Assembly: GCA_022703055.1 (NCBI GenBank)
Contig: JAKLEP010000002.1
Span: 288,480 to 352,479 of the forward strand
Length of the DNA: 64,000 bases
Direction: 5' to 3'
Source: Candidatus Omnitrophota bacterium
GTDB taxonomy: Bacteria > Omnitrophota > Gorgyraeia > VGKH01
Shown here: in pieces, positions 8,451 to 17,296 of the stretch
Layout of the letters: every line of letters starts with the position of its first letter
Numbering within the stretch: position 1 is the first letter of the stretch
Made by a program: the position numbers and the translations under genes
The notes under the pieces: generated by a model
Told to the model about the DNA's origin: nothing
Databases searched by the model: none
The model's input: only the letters and a program-made list of their open reading frames with translations

Positions 8451-9761
8451 TTTATTTTCAATATTAATATAATCTATAAAGTCCATCCCTCCGCGCAGCT
8501 GACTTCTGACCATGGCAATTCTCTGAGTAATGTACGGATGGGTCCTCCAGTAGCTGAATTCCCTGATTTCCTTCTCGTCTTTTAACTTTTCCAATAAAGT
8601 AAGCACGCCCTCAGGATTATAGCCTGCAAGCTTGGTATATTTTACGGCTAATTTATCGGCCAATAGCTCATCCTCCTGGGAATATGCCAAGAATACAGCT
8701 GCAAAGGCAGCATTGGCCCCCTGTATAGCCTGTGCATTCCTTGTGGGAATCAATAGTATATTCATCAAATTATAACCCAAAGCTGCCTGGAGTTTCTTTA
8801 TGATGTGCTTTGCTACGATATGGCCTACTTCATGAGCGATGACTCCGGCGATTTCGTTATCGTTATCGACTTTATCTGTAAGTCCTTTAAATAAATAGAC
8901 ATACCCACCGGGAAGACTGACTGCGTTTACCTCTTTCTCGTCTAAAACTTTAAAGCGATAATTTATGTCTTTTCTGTCGCAGACTGCGACTATCTTCTGG
9001 CCAATTTCATCAACTTTGGCTTGCAAGGCGTAATCTTGAACTGGTTTATATTTTTCTTCAAAACTCCTGGCCACCGACTGCCCCATCTTTATTTCCGCCT
9101 CATTATCAAACATAATGAGATCTTCCCTGCCAGTAGCTACATTATATTCCGAAGCGCAGCCAAAAAGATTCGCTGCTAGAAGGATAACTAAAATCTGGAT
9201 CCCAAATTTTTTAAGCATCTGATAAAGTTTTGCCAAAGGCAACCCCACAACATTATAGAAGCAGCCATCGATTCTTTTTATAAAAAGCCCGCCGTATCTT
9301 TGGATATCAAACGCCCCAGCTTTATCGAGGGGCGAAACCTTCCTAAAATATCTATCTATTTCCTTATCGGAAAGTTTATGCATATATACTTTGGTTTTCT
9401 CAAAACCTGTTAAGGTCTTTTTATTATCTATATCGATTAATGCAAGCCCGGTGTAAACTAATTGGGGCCGACGCGACAAAAACTTTAAGATTATCTTCGC
9501 GTCGGCCAAATCATTAGGTTTCCCAATAATCTTATTTTCTGCCGAGACTATAGTATCACAACCGATGACTACGCCCGAATCAAGTTTATTGGCGACATCT
9601 TTAGCTTTTGCCAAAGCATTATTGATAACTAAATTAGCAGCCGTTGAGGTAATTCTTCGTTTTTCACATGTGCCACTTTTTACTACCTTAAACTTAAGCC
9701 CGATCTGCTTTAAAAGCGCTCTCCTTTGAGGTGATGCGCTGGCTAGAATTATCTTTCTCAT
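8442..9761 (-). CDS. In-frame fusion: Maf-like nucleotide pyrophosphatase (aa 1-~181) + M48-family zinc metallopeptidase lipoprotein (aa 182-439)
   Basis: N-terminal IILASASPQRRALL...GCDT...GAFDIQ is Maf/YhdE-like. From M182, MLKKFGIQILVILLAANLFGCAS is a lipoprotein signal peptide with a lipobox. It is followed by an M48 HExxH (HEVGHIVAKH). No stop codon between the two parts. Confidence 0.75.
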   Translation of the reverse strand: MRKIILASASPQRRALLKQIGLKFKVVKSGTCEKRRITSTAANLVINNALAKAKDVANKLDSGVVIGCDTIVSAENKIIGKPNDLADAKIILKFLSRRPQLVYTGLALIDIDNKKTLTGFEKTKVYMHKLSDKEIDRYFRKVSPLDKAGAFDIQRYGGLFIKRIDGCFYNVVGLPLAKLYQMLKKFGIQILVILLAANLFGCASEYNVATGREDLIMFDNEAEIKMGQSVARSFEEKYKPVQDYALQAKVDEIGQKIVAVCDRKDINYRFKVLDEKEVNAVSLPGGYVYLFKGLTDKVDNDNEIAGVIAHEVGHIVAKHIIKKLQAALGYNLMNILLIPTRNAQAIQGANAAFAAVFLAYSQEDELLADKLAVKYTKLAGYNPEGVLTLLEKLKDEKEIREFSYWRTHPYITQRIAMVRSQLRGGMDFIDYINIENKSP

Positions 9762-9762
9762 T

Positions 9763-11013
9763 CTACCCGTCCTTACCGGCAGATTCTCCTGCCAAAAAAC
9801 CTGTGGAAAATGCCGCTTGAAGATTATAACCGCCGCTTACCGCGTCTACATCAATAATCTCACCGCAAAAATAAAGGCCTTTGACAAGACGCGATTGCAT
9901 TGTTCGCGGATCAATCTCTTTTGTCGATACTCCGCCCCGGGTTACAATTGCTTCTTCTATCGGCCTCGGCCTGGTAATCGTCAAAGAAAAATCCTTCAGA
10001 AGCCTCAGAATCCTTCTTCTATCTTCTTGGGTCAACTGATTCGCCTTTTTATTGGGTGGAATCCCGGAAACCTTAACAAAAACATCTATCAATTTAGCTG
10101 GCAATAATTCTGCCAAAAGATTCTTGTAGATTTTTGACCCTTGACTCTCAAAATCGCGAATCAAGCGCCTATCCAACTGCTCTTGGCTAAGCCCAGGCTT
10201 CATATCAATCGATAATTTTACCGGGTTTTTTGTTTCATTTAACCAATCTACCACTTTAGAACTCAACTCCAAAATTAGCGGCCCGGAAACTCCAAAATGA
10301 GTAAACAGCATCTCTCCGATCGCGGATACAATTGATTTTTTGCCGCTGGAGAATTCTATCCTGACATTCTTTAATGACAAGCCCTGGAGATCCCTAACCC
10401 AATGCTCTTTTGTCTCAAACGGCACGAGCCCAGGACGCAAATCCACTATCCTATGTCCTAGACCTCTGGCGAAAGCAAATCCGTCGCCAGTCGAACCGGT
10501 TAGAGGATAACTTAATCCCCCAGTCGCCAAAATCAATTTTGCAGCTTTAAAGACCCCTTTATCTTTTAATTCTACACTAAACTCTCCGTTTTTACCAACT
10601 TTTATATCTGTCACCGGACTATTATAAACAATCATGGTTCTATTCTCATCGAGATATGATTTCAGAACTTTCAAAACCGAATCAGACCTGTCGTCCTTCG
10701 GAAAAACCCTTCCCCCTCTTTCCGTTTTTAGCCTTAGACCTTTGGTTTCTAAGAATTTCATCAGTTCATTATTAAAGAATTTTGCAAATGCGCTGCGCAG
10801 AAACTCTCCGGTATGGCTAAAGTTGGAAATGAATCCATCTAATTCTTGAATATTGGTAATATTGCAGCGGCCTTTCCCGCTGATCAAGAGTTTCTGGCCT
10901 AATCTATTATTCTTTTCGATCAAAAGCACTTGTTTTTTAAGTTGACCAGCTCGTATAGCAGCCATCATTCCAGCGGGACCTGCACCTATTATAATTATGT
11001 CGTGTCTTTTCAT
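9763..11013 (-). CDS. NAD(P)/FAD-dependent oxidoreductase, HI0933/YhiN family
   Basis: 416 aa. N-terminal DIIIIGAGPAGMMAA Rossmann motif, GKGRCNITN, C-terminal GGYNLQAAFSTG, typical of HI0933-like flavoproteins. Confidence 0.8.
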   Translation of the reverse strand: MKRHDIIIIGAGPAGMMAAIRAGQLKKQVLLIEKNNRLGQKLLISGKGRCNITNIQELDGFISNFSHTGEFLRSAFAKFFNNELMKFLETKGLRLKTERGGRVFPKDDRSDSVLKVLKSYLDENRTMIVYNSPVTDIKVGKNGEFSVELKDKGVFKAAKLILATGGLSYPLTGSTGDGFAFARGLGHRIVDLRPGLVPFETKEHWVRDLQGLSLKNVRIEFSSGKKSIVSAIGEMLFTHFGVSGPLILELSSKVVDWLNETKNPVKLSIDMKPGLSQEQLDRRLIRDFESQGSKIYKNLLAELLPAKLIDVFVKVSGIPPNKKANQLTQEDRRRILRLLKDFSLTITRPRPIEEAIVTRGGVSTKEIDPRTMQSRLVKGLYFCGEIIDVDAVSGGYNLQAAFSTGFLAGESAGKDG

Positions 11014-11021
11014 GACTGATC

Positions 11022-11049
11022 AAAAAAAATTACGTACTTGCGTACGTAA
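11022..11049 (-). terminator. Rho-independent terminator-like hairpin downstream of the response-regulator gene
   Basis: On the minus strand: TTACGTAC-GCAA-GTACGTAA (8-bp stem, tetraloop) followed by T8. Lies 25 nt after the stop at 11075. Confidence 0.6.
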
Positions 11050-11074
11050 AATATGGTTTAAACATATTCAAAGC

Positions 11075-11473
11075 TTATTTTTTCTCGGGTTTAGAGGGAC
11101 TTGACTTCTTTAATACTGTGTCAACCTTCTTGAGCAATTCCTCTTTTTTATAGGGCTTTATAATAAAGTCATTGGCTCCGAATTCCTTAGATGCCTTGGC
11201 GATTAATTCCTGCTCATAAGACTTTGCCGTAGCAAGAATAATGGGTATTTTATCTCCGTATAGCTTCTTTAATTCCTGGCACAGCGAATAACCGTCATGA
11301 TAAGGCATGATGATGTCCGAAAGTATTAAATCCGGTTGGTCGCTCTTGATAATCTTAAAAATAAATTTAGGATCGCCCAAAATCATAGTCTCATAGCCGG
11401 CGTTTTTTAAAGTAGTTTCTGCCTCTTTCAAGGCATTAGCATCATCATCAACAATTAAAATTTTCTTTCCCAT
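11075..11473 (-). CDS. Single-domain response regulator (CheY-like receiver)
   Basis: 132 aa. KILIVDDD, DLILSDIIMP (phospho-acceptor Asp), conserved T and K (ILATAK..., IIKP). No output domain. Confidence 0.85.
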   Translation of the reverse strand: MGKKILIVDDDANALKEAETTLKNAGYETMILGDPKFIFKIIKSDQPDLILSDIIMPYHDGYSLCQELKKLYGDKIPIILATAKSYEQELIAKASKEFGANDFIIKPYKKEELLKKVDTVLKKSSPSKPEKK

Positions 11474-11501
11474 ATTTTATATAATTGTAGGTTATTAAAA
11501 A

Positions 11502-12062
11502 TCAGCTCAAGAAATCCTTGGCTGTAAATATCGAAATTAAAGGGCAATTTACTTTCGCTAAGTTTTCTTTTGCCCCTTCCTGACGATCAACAATAACCAC
11601 CGCTTTTAAGACTTCAATATTATCCTGGGCAAGCAACATCACAGCATCCACCAAAGATCCTCCGGTCGTAGCAACATCATCGATAAGAATGACTTTGGAT
11701 CCGGGCCTGATCTCAGGGCCTTCAATCTGACGCCTTTTGCCGTGCTCCTTGGGTTTTTTTCTAACGATGAAGGTATTTACCGGTTTTTTCTCTAAGTATC
11801 TAAGTGCTCCTATCGCGCCGACAATAGGATCGGCTCCGATGGTCGGCCCGCCTATCGCCTGAAAAACGTCATTTTTTAGTAATTCTAAAATTATCGAAGC
11901 CACTAGATAAGAGCCTTCGGAATTAAGAGTAATCAAGCGTGCATCAATATAGTAATCGCTAACTTTACCTGAAGCAAGCGTTATTTTCTCCTTGAAAAAT
12001 GCCTTTTCTTTGATTAATTTATGAAGGCTTTTCTTGAGGTCATTTAAGTTTATTTTATCCAT
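11502..12062 (-). CDS. pyrE: Orotate phosphoribosyltransferase
   Basis: 186 aa. SGKVSDYYIDAR and PRPP-binding loop VILIDDVATTGGS. Confidence 0.8.
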   Translation of the reverse strand: MDKINLNDLKKSLHKLIKEKAFFKEKITLASGKVSDYYIDARLITLNSEGSYLVASIILELLKNDVFQAIGGPTIGADPIVGAIGALRYLEKKPVNTFIVRKKPKEHGKRRQIEGPEIRPGSKVILIDDVATTGGSLVDAVMLLAQDNIEVLKAVVIVDRQEGAKENLAKVNCPLISIFTAKDFLS

Positions 12063-12108
12063 ATTATTTGATTTATTTTACCTTTTATGAGCATAAGTGT
12101 CAATTATT

Positions 12109-12137
12109 TTGACAATCTCTTTAGCAGATGTTAAGAT
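12109..12137 (+). promoter_or_regulatory. Sigma-70-like promoter upstream of comF
   Basis: TTGACA (12109-12114), 17-nt spacer, TAAGAT (12132-12137). Only 6 nt separate the -10 box from ATG 12144, and no SD is visible. Confidence 0.4.
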
Positions 12138-12143
12138 AGTGGC

Positions 12144-12875
12144 ATGTTAAAAACTTTTGCAACCGCAGTTCTTGATTTAGTCTATCCAAATAACTGCATT
12201 AACTGCAAAACTGCAATTATAGATCAGGACTACGAGTTCTCTCTATGCCCTGGCTGCTGGCAGTCTCTCGAGAAGAATCTGCCTCCCTTTTGTTCGAAAT
12301 GCGGAATGCATCTTGAAGAAATCACCGCAGGCATTGATCTGTGTAAAGATTGCCAGAAACAAAATCTGCATTTCGACAAAGCATACAGCGTATTTATATT
12401 CGAAGGGATAATAAAAGAGCTTATACATAAATTCAAATATTCCAACAAAACTATGCTTGCTAAGGTTTTCGCGCAAATGATTTTTGACTTTACTGTGAAT
12501 TTTAATTTTCCGATTTCCGAATATGATATAATGCTGCCTGTCCCGCTTAATTCCGCGAGACTCAGGGAAAGAGAATATAACCAATGCGAAATATTAGCCA
12601 GACAATTGCATAAATATTTCCCTTTGGAAATATCAACTAAGGATATCGTGCGCATCCGAAATACCAAATCACAGATTTCTCTGGATAAAACTGCCCGCTG
12701 GAAGAACATTGATGGAGCCTTTAAAATAAAAAATAAATATGCTTTTGTGGATAAAAAAGTCTTAATCATAGATGACTTAATCACTACGGGCGCAACCGCT
12801 TCGGAATTAGCAAAAACCTTAAAAGGGGCGGGTGTCAAAATGGTTTCTGTCCTGACAATAGCGAAAGCAAAATGA
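12144..12875 (+). CDS. comFC: ComF family protein (phosphoribosyltransferase-like, N-terminal Cys-rich zinc-finger region)
   Basis: 243 aa. Four CxxC pairs at the N-terminus (CINC, CPGC, CSKC, CKDC). PRTase loop VLIIDDLITTGAT near the C-terminus. ATGA overlap with the next gene. Confidence 0.8.
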   Translation: MLKTFATAVLDLVYPNNCINCKTAIIDQDYEFSLCPGCWQSLEKNLPPFCSKCGMHLEEITAGIDLCKDCQKQNLHFDKAYSVFIFEGIIKELIHKFKYSNKTMLAKVFAQMIFDFTVNFNFPISEYDIMLPVPLNSARLREREYNQCEILARQLHKYFPLEISTKDIVRIRNTKSQISLDKTARWKNIDGAFKIKNKYAFVDKKVLIIDDLITTGATASELAKTLKGAGVKMVSVLTIAKAK

Positions 12876-13966
12876 AAGTCTTAAGAAACTACATTCTAAA
12901 AGAAGCCTTTGGTCCTTTTATCCTCTCGCTTTTAGTGCTGACTACGATTATGCTCCTGGGTAATCTGGTCAAGATGGTCAATCTGGTAATAAATAAAGGC
13001 GTGGATTTAATCTTGGTTATAAAGTCGTTTTTGTATCTTGTCCCGTTTTTATTGGCATACACTATTCCCATCGCCTGCCTAACAGCCGTGCTTTTAGCCT
13101 TCGGAAGAATGTCTGCCGATAATGAAATAGTCGCTATAAGAAGTAGCGGTATCAGTATTATCAAGCTGGTCTTCCCCCTGATTGTCATAGGTTTTATCTT
13201 TAGCTTAATTCTATTAGTGCTAAACGATAGAGTCATCCCCTATTCTCATTATGCTGCCAAAAAGACAATTAAGCAAATTGGCTTAAAAAACCCTGCGGCA
13301 GCGCTAGAAGCTGGCACTTTTATCGATTCTTTTTCCGGCTCGATAATCTTTATCTACCGTATTGAAGGTAATAACCTTTACCAAGTGAGAATTTACCAGC
13401 CACAAGGCGAAGGCAAACCCACCCGCACGATTATCGCCAAAAGAGGAGAATTTGTGGTTTTGCCGGAACAAAATAAAATAAAACTAAAATTAATCGACGG
13501 GACGTCTGATGAAGCCGACGTAAAAAATCCGGAAATCTACTACAAACTAAACTTTAAAACATATTTTATGACTTTGGACCTGACTAAGACTGATTCCGAA
13601 GATATTAAAAAGAAACCCAAAGACATGACCCTCAATGAACTCGGAGAAGAAATAAAGAAAATGAATGCTCTCTCAATTAATGCCACACCTTTACTTATAG
13701 AATATCACAAAAAGATATCACTGGCCTTCTCATGCCTAATATTTATCTTGCTGGGTTTCCCTTTAGCGATAATAGTCCATCGCCGGGCAAAATCGGCAAA
13801 CTTTGTAATGGCATTTTTGATCATAGCAACTTATTATCTTCTTTTGATAGGTTTTGAAGCCTTAAGCTTACAAAATATGCTCGCCCCGGCGCTTGCTATG
13901 TGGGCTCCTAATATTATTTTTGGTTCAGTTGCTTTAATCTTAAACTATAAACTATGCGTATCCTAG
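12872..13966 (+). CDS. lptF: LptF/LptG family LPS export permease
   Basis: 364 aa. YjgP/YjgQ architecture: 3 TM, periplasmic beta-jellyroll region, 3 TM. N-terminal ILRNYILKEAFGPF motif. The F versus G assignment is by gene order only. Confidence 0.75.
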   Translation: MKVLRNYILKEAFGPFILSLLVLTTIMLLGNLVKMVNLVINKGVDLILVIKSFLYLVPFLLAYTIPIACLTAVLLAFGRMSADNEIVAIRSSGISIIKLVFPLIVIGFIFSLILLVLNDRVIPYSHYAAKKTIKQIGLKNPAAALEAGTFIDSFSGSIIFIYRIEGNNLYQVRIYQPQGEGKPTRTIIAKRGEFVVLPEQNKIKLKLIDGTSDEADVKNPEIYYKLNFKTYFMTLDLTKTDSEDIKKKPKDMTLNELGEEIKKMNALSINATPLLIEYHKKISLAFSCLIFILLGFPLAIIVHRRAKSANFVMAFLIIATYYLLLIGFEALSLQNMLAPALAMWAPNIIFGSVALILNYKLCVS

Positions 13967-15045
13967 ACAGATATATCTTAAAATCGATAGTAACCATTTT
14001 TCTTGGCGCGCTTCTAGTGTTCTTAACCTTATATTTGGTGGTCGACATCTTGGGCCACCTTGATGAATTCCTAAGGGAAAAAGTTTCTCCTTTAATAATA
14101 TGGGAATACTACGCTTCCTTCCTGCCGATAATATTTGTCCAGACCGCTCCTATTGCGATTTTACTGGCGATTTTGGCCACTTTCAGCAAGCTAAACGTCA
14201 ATAATGAAATCGTGGCCATGCGTTCTGCTGGTATAAATATTTGGCAACTCACTAAACAAACTGTCCTCTTTGCATTCATTGTGAGCATATTTATTTTCTG
14301 GGTTAACGAAAACATCATTCCGCAAGCGATGCAGACATCGGATAAGATAAAAATGGAAAAAATTGAAGGCAAGGCTTCGTTGACGCAAAAAGAAAAAATC
14401 AATAACGTAGCTTACTTTGGCAAGAAAAACAGGCTTTATTTTATCAATTCTTTCGATCCTAAGACATTGACTATGGAAGGCATAACAATACTTGAACAGG
14501 ATAAAAATCAGGAACTGAAAGAAAAAAACTATGCCTTGAAGGGCATCTGGAAGAACAGAAAGTGGGTTTTTTCGGGTATACAGGTTTTTTCTTATGATAA
14601 AAATGGAGCCGAAACTTCTGAGTTTATTGACGAGAAAACTATGGATATCCCCGAAACCCCCACTGATTTCATGACGCAAAGAGTCCAAGTTGACTACATG
14701 AATATACGGCAATTGGAAGATTATAAGGCCAAACTTGCAGACAGCGGAGCAAAATCGGTAATACGCAATCTGAATGTCGATATCCAACAAAGATTTGCCT
14801 ACCCCTTCGGTTCGCTAGTAATTGTTTTTGTTGGCCTGCCTTTTTCCTTAATGATCAAAAAAAGAAAAGGTATGACATTTGCCTCCTTCGGAGTCTGTAT
14901 GCTCATAGGATTTTTGTATTATTTGACCAATGCCATAAGTATTGCCTTGGGGAAAAGCGATATCTTTCCTCCGATTATGGCTGGCTGGCTAGCTAATGTT
15001 CTATTTTTGATTATCGGGTTGGTTCTTTTAAAGAAGACTTCTTAG
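13954..15045 (+). CDS. lptG: LptF/LptG family LPS export permease
   Basis: 363 aa. RILDRYILKSIV N-terminus, same TM/periplasmic/TM layout as the preceding paralog. 13-nt overlap with it. Confidence 0.75.
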   Translation: MRILDRYILKSIVTIFLGALLVFLTLYLVVDILGHLDEFLREKVSPLIIWEYYASFLPIIFVQTAPIAILLAILATFSKLNVNNEIVAMRSAGINIWQLTKQTVLFAFIVSIFIFWVNENIIPQAMQTSDKIKMEKIEGKASLTQKEKINNVAYFGKKNRLYFINSFDPKTLTMEGITILEQDKNQELKEKNYALKGIWKNRKWVFSGIQVFSYDKNGAETSEFIDEKTMDIPETPTDFMTQRVQVDYMNIRQLEDYKAKLADSGAKSVIRNLNVDIQQRFAYPFGSLVIVFVGLPFSLMIKKRKGMTFASFGVCMLIGFLYYLTNAISIALGKSDIFPPIMAGWLANVLFLIIGLVLLKKTS

Positions 15046-16175
15046 GTATTCTTAAAGAGGCGATTGGAATTATTTTTTCCAATCGAACAGGCGAGCTCAT
15101 AAGAAATCGTACCTGCTAATGAAGCTAGCTCCTCAAGGGTAATTTTCTCTTTTCCTTGTTTTCCCACTAACACTACTTCATCGCCAATACTAACATTCTT
15201 TAAATTATTTAAGTCTACCATGGATTGATCCATGCAGATTCTCCCTGCGATTTTCCGGCGGGCTCCTTTAATTAAAACCTCTGCTTTATTAGAAAGAACC
15301 CTTAAATATCCGTCGCTGTAACCTACAGGCAAGGTTGCAATACTGGTCGGCCTTCTGGCAATGTAGGTCCGGCCGTAGCTGACGGTCCTGCCCTGAGGAA
15401 TCTTTTTTGTAAACAAAACTTTAGTTTTAAAACTCATAACCGGTTGCAATTCTATTTTCGGGCGCAGGTTTTCTTTAGGGTAAATTCCGTAAAGCATTAG
15501 CCCTGGCCTAACCAAATTAAGATGGCTGCATTTATAATCGATCACTCCAACACTGTTTGCGCAGTGACGAAAAGGAATATCAATGTTGTTTTTATTTAAT
15601 CTTTTTATCAACGTATCAAAATTACGGACCTGATGATTAGTAAAAAACCTATCTGTGTCTGCGCAGGGAAAATGAGTATAGATACCCTCAATTTTGATAT
15701 TCTTTAGCTTCTTTATCTTTTTAACGAGTTCCAAAGCACCCTCATGCCAAACTCCCAGTCTCCCCATACCCGTATCTATCTTAATATGAACCTTGGCAAT
15801 TTTTCCTTTTTTTCTGGCATAATTATTTAGACTTTGAGCAAGTTTCTCCGTGGAGATACCCTGGGTCAGATTATAGTCAACGATACTTCCGGCATGTTCA
15901 TCAGGAATTAATTCCAATATCAAAATCGGGAGCTTGATACCCGATTTTCTTAATTTTATTGCCTCATCTATACTTGCAACGCCAAAATAATCGGCTCCGC
16001 ATTTTACCAGTTTTTTAGAAACCTCAACCATCCCGTGCCCATAAGCATCGGCCTTTACAACGCACAAAACCTTAGCCTTGTTTCCGACTAGCTTCTTAAT
16101 TTGTTTAAAATTATGTTCAAGCGCGGCTAAATCAATCTCTACCCAAGTCGGCCTGAATAAACCTTTATTTTGCAT
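15042..16175 (-). CDS. alr: Alanine racemase
   Basis: 377 aa. PLP-lysine motif VVKADAYGHG, C-terminal GRICMDQ and SYE motifs. Confidence 0.9.
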   Translation of the reverse strand: MQNKGLFRPTWVEIDLAALEHNFKQIKKLVGNKAKVLCVVKADAYGHGMVEVSKKLVKCGADYFGVASIDEAIKLRKSGIKLPILILELIPDEHAGSIVDYNLTQGISTEKLAQSLNNYARKKGKIAKVHIKIDTGMGRLGVWHEGALELVKKIKKLKNIKIEGIYTHFPCADTDRFFTNHQVRNFDTLIKRLNKNNIDIPFRHCANSVGVIDYKCSHLNLVRPGLMLYGIYPKENLRPKIELQPVMSFKTKVLFTKKIPQGRTVSYGRTYIARRPTSIATLPVGYSDGYLRVLSNKAEVLIKGARRKIAGRICMDQSMVDLNNLKNVSIGDEVVLVGKQGKEKITLEELASLAGTISYELACSIGKNNSNRLFKNT

Positions 16176-16851
16176 TTTTGAATCCTTTTATTTGGCATTC
16201 TTTTGGATATAAATATAATGGGGCTAGTTTATCAGGGTCATCAAATTTTCTTGATTCAAATCTTTCCTTAGCCAATATAACCAGATTTTTTGCGCTGGGA
16301 ACCCAATCTTGTCTTTCTGCCATAAACGCTCTTTTCCCCAATGTATCTTTTATCAGCTGCTCAAAAATGCTTAATCCATCTCCGGTAAAGATCGTATCTT
16401 CTTTTATTTTTTTAATCAATTGGTTGATATCGATCAAGCCGTAGCTAGCTAGTTTTCTTAAGCGACTATTGTTCTTATACAAACAGTAATAAACATTATT
16501 CCTTTTTGCATCTATTATAGTGCAGATTTGCATATTTTTAATAGGAATATTTGCCGCTAGGATATCAAGAGTTGAAATTCCAATAATCGGCTTTTTACAA
16601 ACCATTGCCAGGCCTTTTACCGTCGAGATGCCGACTCTCAAGCCCGTAAAAGAACCTGGCCCTAATCCCACCGCAAAACCATCTAAAGTATCTAAAGATA
16701 ACTTTGTTTTCTTTAATATTTTTGCTATAGAAGGAATGATTAAAGAAGATAGCCTTCTCTCAGAATGAATATTCTCTTCCGCTATCTTATTATTGTTCAG
16801 AATAGCTAAAGACAGATTATTACTAGATGTATCAAACCCGAGTATTCGCAT
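16165..16851 (-). CDS. tsaB: tRNA t6A37 biosynthesis protein TsaB (YeaZ)
   Basis: Start moved to ATG 16851 (MRILGFDTSSN..., the canonical TsaB start). The ORF-track extension to 16917 runs into tsaE. GPGSFTGLRVG motif present. Confidence 0.85.
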   Translation of the reverse strand: MRILGFDTSSNNLSLAILNNNKIAEENIHSERRLSSLIIPSIAKILKKTKLSLDTLDGFAVGLGPGSFTGLRVGISTVKGLAMVCKKPIIGISTLDILAANIPIKNMQICTIIDAKRNNVYYCLYKNNSRLRKLASYGLIDINQLIKKIKEDTIFTGDGLSIFEQLIKDTLGKRAFMAERQDWVPSAKNLVILAKERFESRKFDDPDKLAPLYLYPKECQIKGFKNAK

Positions 16852-17296
16852 ATTTCTTAACCAGTTCTTTATACCGGCTGCCATAGCCATTGATAATGAT
16901 TTTTCTTTGATTTTCATCTTTAAATTTAAGTTCTATGCCCAGATAATCCCTGGGTAAGAACTTTTTTATTCTGTCTGCCCATTCAATAACGCAAATTCCT
17001 TTATCGAATAAGAATTCTTCCAGTCCGACACTATAAGCCTCATCGCCTTTTCTTATACGATAGAAATCAAAATGGTAAACCGGAAGCTTGCCTTTGTATT
17101 CTTTTAGCAAAACAAAGGACGGGCTATTAACTATCTGATGCTTTACTTTCAATCCTTTAGCGATTCCTTTGACTAAAGTAGTCTTACCTGAACCCAGATT
17201 GCCAAATAAAGCCAGGACATCTCCCTTTTTTAGCAATCGGGATATAATCTTACCTAGCACTATTGTTTCTTGCGAACTATTAGTTATAATCTGCAT
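16832..17296 (-). CDS. tsaE: tRNA t6A37 biosynthesis ATPase TsaE (YjeE)
   Basis: 154 aa. Walker A GNLGSGKTTLVKG, then HFDFYR and EW motifs. Confidence 0.9.
   Translation of the reverse strand: MQIITNSSQETIVLGKIISRLLKKGDVLALFGNLGSGKTTLVKGIAKGLKVKHQIVNSPSFVLLKEYKGKLPVYHFDFYRIRKGDEAYSVGLEEFLFDKGICVIEWADRIKKFLPRDYLGIELKFKDENQRKIIINGYGSRYKELVKKYANTRV

Noticed and set aside
12230-12838. 202-aa ORF (plus a nested 113-aa ORF at 12243-12584) antisense to almost the whole comF gene
   Set aside because: The composition is typical of shadow frames (S/L/F/I/C-rich, no motifs). There is no RBS or promoter. The sense-strand comF has clear family motifs. It is most simply explained by codon bias in an AT-rich genome.
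14191-14790. 199-aa and 97-aa ORFs antisense to lptG; 115-aa ORF (12889-13236) antisense to lptF
   Set aside because: No recognisable domains, low-complexity hydrophobic or basic junk. They are fully embedded in well-supported sense genes.
15042-15045. Convergent genes with overlapping or abutting stops and no terminator (lptG/alr TTAG overlap; amidohydrolase/thioesterase at 3197-3201)
   Set aside because: It is real in the sequence but is a common consequence of genome compaction. No hairpin or other structure could be seen to suggest a specific regulatory element.
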